Shown here piece by piece: positions 58,241-60,973 of a stretch of 60,973 nucleotides of DNA; position 1 is the stretch's first letter, and every line of letters begins with the position of its first letter. Where the stretch lies: the NCBI GenBank assembly GCA_048882385.1, contig JBHLRQ010000006.1, positions 1 through 60,973 on the forward strand, given 5' to 3'. Under the pieces are notes generated by a model, which ran no database searches, was not told where the DNA came from, and worked only from the letters and a program-made list of their open reading frames with translations. The position numbers and the translations under genes were made by a program. Origin of the DNA: Candidatus Thorarchaeota archaeon. GTDB lineage: Archaea > Asgardarchaeota > Thorarchaeia > Thorarchaeales > Thorarchaeaceae.

Positions 58241-60493
58241 TTAGTTCTCTTTACTGAAGAAGACCGTAGAAGCTTGGAAGATGAACTCTGATTCAACAAC
58301 GAAGCTTTGGGTCCAAGTTGGTAGTGGTGGTGCTTCACATTGCTCAAGCATATCTTGCCATGACTCATCTGTAAGACGATCATCCATTGGCCAAGTAAAC
58401 TCATAGTAGGAGAACACTGCTCCTCTTGTGAGAATGACCTGCCCCTCAATCGGAACTGCTACAAGAATCACCATTGGTTTTCCAACTCCTTCCTCAAGCA
58501 CCTCTTCCTCATTAGGATCTGTGTGTACATCTGCAATGACAGCCATTTCATCATCTGCACCTGAAGTCAGCATATCGTCTTGGGGGAGCTCGACAATCCG
58601 TTCAAGAATATCACCACTATATCTGATCCAACCATACTCCTCACTAGAGAGTGCAGTTCCTTCAAGTTCCTTAATAGATATGGTCTGAAGAACCAATAGG
58701 AAGTCTTTCAGTTTTTGCAGCTTTTCTTCCATGAGAGAAGACAACAAATCTCGCGAATCAAGTCCCGTTAGCATCATCTCGCAGAGAGATGCCAGACGGG
58801 CATAGAGTGCAGGTACAGGTTCAACATAACCCTTGGCGATGGGAGGAATCGACGTATATACTGAAGTGTATGATTGTTTTACATATAGAATTGTGTCGTG
58901 GCGTAGCTCAGCCCATGATGCTAATGCTGTGGATAGTTGTTTATCAACCCATGCCTTGCTCTGCATGAACAATGGATAGCCTTCACCAGGATCATTCAAA
59001 AGAGGCAGAAGTGAATAGATCCAGAGATAGTACAGATTTTGGGTCCATTCACTCTCAGTCATGTTACCAATCTTGTTCCAAATCATCTCCATCTGTGATG
59101 TATAGTTCACATAGTGCTTCTCACTGTCAAGCAGTTCCCAGGCTCGGTCAGAACCGAATGCAGCCATGACATCAAGACCCTTTGGCATAAGACGCGGCTG
59201 CAAGATAGTGCCTACATTCTCGTACACAAGCTGTCCGAGGATGTAACTGTCAGGAATGTATCTCTGACCCATGAACCTCAGACCCATTGTCTGAGTTAGT
59301 GTTTTAGTGTCAGGAACAGGATGTCCCAGAATGAGAGGTTCCTTGAGTGTTAATGCCTCATCAATGAACTGCTCAAGCAAAGTTTCATTATTTAAATCTG
59401 AAAGCTGGACCTCAGAACCATATATACTCTGGATTACATTCAGGTACTCTGAGGGGATAAGATCATCAGCAGTGCCAACGAAGAATGCAGTTGGCTCATA
59501 GAGTGCGTCCCAAATTACCAGACCTTCTGGAGCGCCAAGAAGACCAGGAACATCCAAAGTCAGTGCCAAGGAAATCAGGATGGCTTGCGCTGTGTTGTCC
59601 ATTCCCTGATCATTTGGTTCAGGTGGTAGCTCGGGCTGAAGCCTGAATGAAACCCGACCAAACCACATCATCGCCTGGAAGTATCTCTCAAGACGCTCAC
59701 TTCGAGTGTAGTGACCTCTTGGGACAAATTGCGTGAAGTCCTCTATATAATTCATGAACCACTGATCTGTCATCTCAGAATGCTCATCTATGAGCTGAAG
59801 AACCCGATCAACTTCTGGAGCTACCGCAGCTGGAAAGGCAGGCGGTACTACGGTCTCATTGTCCAGTAATGTCAGTGCTACAGTGAAGAAAATGAGGTTT
59901 CTGAGAGCTGCATTTTTCCATCTGCCTTCTGGAGCTTCTTCATACTGTGAGAACGAGATGTCCAATAGTGCATCAGTCAAGTTGCCGAGAAGGTCCCAGA
60001 ATGAATATACCTCCACCTCTCTCAGGGCAAGGTCATAGAGCACATGATAGGCATGCAGCACAGCGTCAGTTGACACAAAACTTGGAACATATTCATCCTC
60101 GTTGAGTGACAAGATCTCATGGATCTGTTTGTATTCAGATTGGTGCATCACTGCAAATCCGTTGTCAACTATCATCTGCGTCACTTCCGCTGGTAGTGAG
60201 GGAAATTGTTCAAGGTTCGCTATGTTCGCCAGTCCAGCACTCACACTATAGGCAGGCGCATTAAGAGTGAACGGTTCCTCATATGGGACGAACTCTGCGA
60301 AGTCACCCGACACGATATGATCGATTGTATACGTAGTATCATTTGGATGACTCGACTCAGGATTCCAGAATGCACCTCCTAGAAAGCCAAGTGTCGTGAC
60401 AAATGAAACCGCAAGCAGGGCTGATGCTAGACCTGCTCCCATCATTTTTCGTTTTACCTCTGAATCGAGAGCCCTGATAATCACTGAAATCAC
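58241..60493 (-). CDS. DUF3160-family extracellular protein
   Basis: DFTQFVPRGHYT, SWAELRHDTILYVKQSY, GYVEPVP, IADVHTDP, RGAVFSYYEF; N-terminal TM; start uncertain. Confidence 0.87.
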   Translation of the reverse strand: MISVIIRALDSEVKRKMMGAGLASALLAVSFVTTLGFLGGAFWNPESSHPNDTTYTIDHIVSGDFAEFVPYEEPFTLNAPAYSVSAGLANIANLEQFPSLPAEVTQMIVDNGFAVMHQSEYKQIHEILSLNEDEYVPSFVSTDAVLHAYHVLYDLALREVEVYSFWDLLGNLTDALLDISFSQYEEAPEGRWKNAALRNLIFFTVALTLLDNETVVPPAFPAAVAPEVDRVLQLIDEHSEMTDQWFMNYIEDFTQFVPRGHYTRSERLERYFQAMMWFGRVSFRLQPELPPEPNDQGMDNTAQAILISLALTLDVPGLLGAPEGLVIWDALYEPTAFFVGTADDLIPSEYLNVIQSIYGSEVQLSDLNNETLLEQFIDEALTLKEPLILGHPVPDTKTLTQTMGLRFMGQRYIPDSYILGQLVYENVGTILQPRLMPKGLDVMAAFGSDRAWELLDSEKHYVNYTSQMEMIWNKIGNMTESEWTQNLYYLWIYSLLPLLNDPGEGYPLFMQSKAWVDKQLSTALASWAELRHDTILYVKQSYTSVYTSIPPIAKGYVEPVPALYARLASLCEMMLTGLDSRDLLSSLMEEKLQKLKDFLLVLQTISIKELEGTALSSEEYGWIRYSGDILERIVELPQDDMLTSGADDEMAVIADVHTDPNEEEVLEEGVGKPMVILVAVPIEGQVILTRGAVFSYYEFTWPMDDRLTDESWQDMLEQCEAPPLPTWTQSFVVESEFIFQASTVFFSKEN

Positions 60494-60638
60494 TATGAAT
60501 TGTACATACTAGTTATACTTAGTACCATGGAATAGAACAATGTGTTCAGATTTTAGAACACTCAATTCAAGCGAAAGCTTTGCGTTTGTGCTAAGAGATT
60601 AAATGGATGAGGTATCTATCAGTTATGTGGATTCTAGG

Positions 60639-60973
60639 ATGAGAGAGCAGTCAGATGACAATACAATTGAATCGGAGTTGAGAGGCAACACACTTCAAGT
60701 CTATTGGTATATGCTCTCCCAAAATGAACCGGTTGGGGTCCGAGAAGTGCAAAGAGCTGTTGGTATGTCTAGTCCTTCTGTGGCTAGCCATCACCTTACT
60801 AAGCTTGTTTCACTAGAACTAGTTGAGAAGAAACCTGATAACTCCTACGAGGTAAGTAGAGTCGTCAAGGTAGGTGTCCTGAGAAACTTCATTGAGTTCC
60901 GAGGAAGATTTCTGCCCAGGTATGTCTTTGTGGCGATCTTTTTCACAGCTTACACAATTGCTTATGTTGTGCT
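60639..60973 (+). CDS. Winged-helix protein with C-terminal TM segment, truncated by the window end (not in the ORF track)
   Basis: Manual translation: MREQSDDNTIESELRGNTLQVYWYMLSQNEPVGVREVQRAVGMSSPSVASHHLTKLVSLELVEK...FLPRYVFVAIFF; alternative in-frame ATG 60603. Confidence 0.8.
   Translation, partial: MREQSDDNTIESELRGNTLQVYWYMLSQNEPVGVREVQRAVGMSSPSVASHHLTKLVSLELVEKKPDNSYEVSRVVKVGVLRNFIEFRGRFLPRYVFVAIFFTAYTIAYVV

Noticed and set aside
36-59501. The many short antisense or nested ORFs in the track (e.g. 2887..3180, 28910..29128, 30459..30851, 39327..39797, 51089..51553)
   Set aside because: They shadow well-supported genes or span operator and promoter DNA, and have no recognisable motifs.
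1-60973. Selenoprotein or stop-codon readthrough, diversity-generating retroelement, IS or provirus
   Set aside because: I noticed no split ORF at an in-frame TGA, no convincing SECIS, and no reverse transcriptase, transposase, integrase or viral hallmark gene. This was by eye only, so short elements could be missed.

Overview
A gene-dense archaeal window. Four Rab-like small GTPases, a longin-domain protein, an LRR protein and PCI-like winged-helix/membrane proteins point to an Asgard archaeon, possibly Thorarchaeia (inference). About 57 CDS were called; I saw no rRNA, tRNA, CRISPR array, transposase or integrase. Main observations: (1) a GTPase / Zn-finger / longin / 15-TM (7+1+7) cluster at 19.7-22.6 kb that looks like a receptor-GEF-GTPase signalling module; (2) a copper locus (CopA with two C-terminal YHS/TRASH domains, a PadR-TRASH regulator, a variant YHS chaperone) with four 34-bp triple-box operators visible in the DNA; (3) a double-length UvrA whose halves have lost complementary domains, translationally coupled to a QW-repeat alpha-barrel protein, in a region also carrying YcaQ/AlkZ, AlkD, DinB, a GyrI-like regulator and duplicated ABC exporters; (4) a molybdopterin oxidoreductase with a 2[4Fe-4S] ferredoxin inserted into its C-terminal domain. 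All family assignments come from motif recognition by eye, with no database searches.
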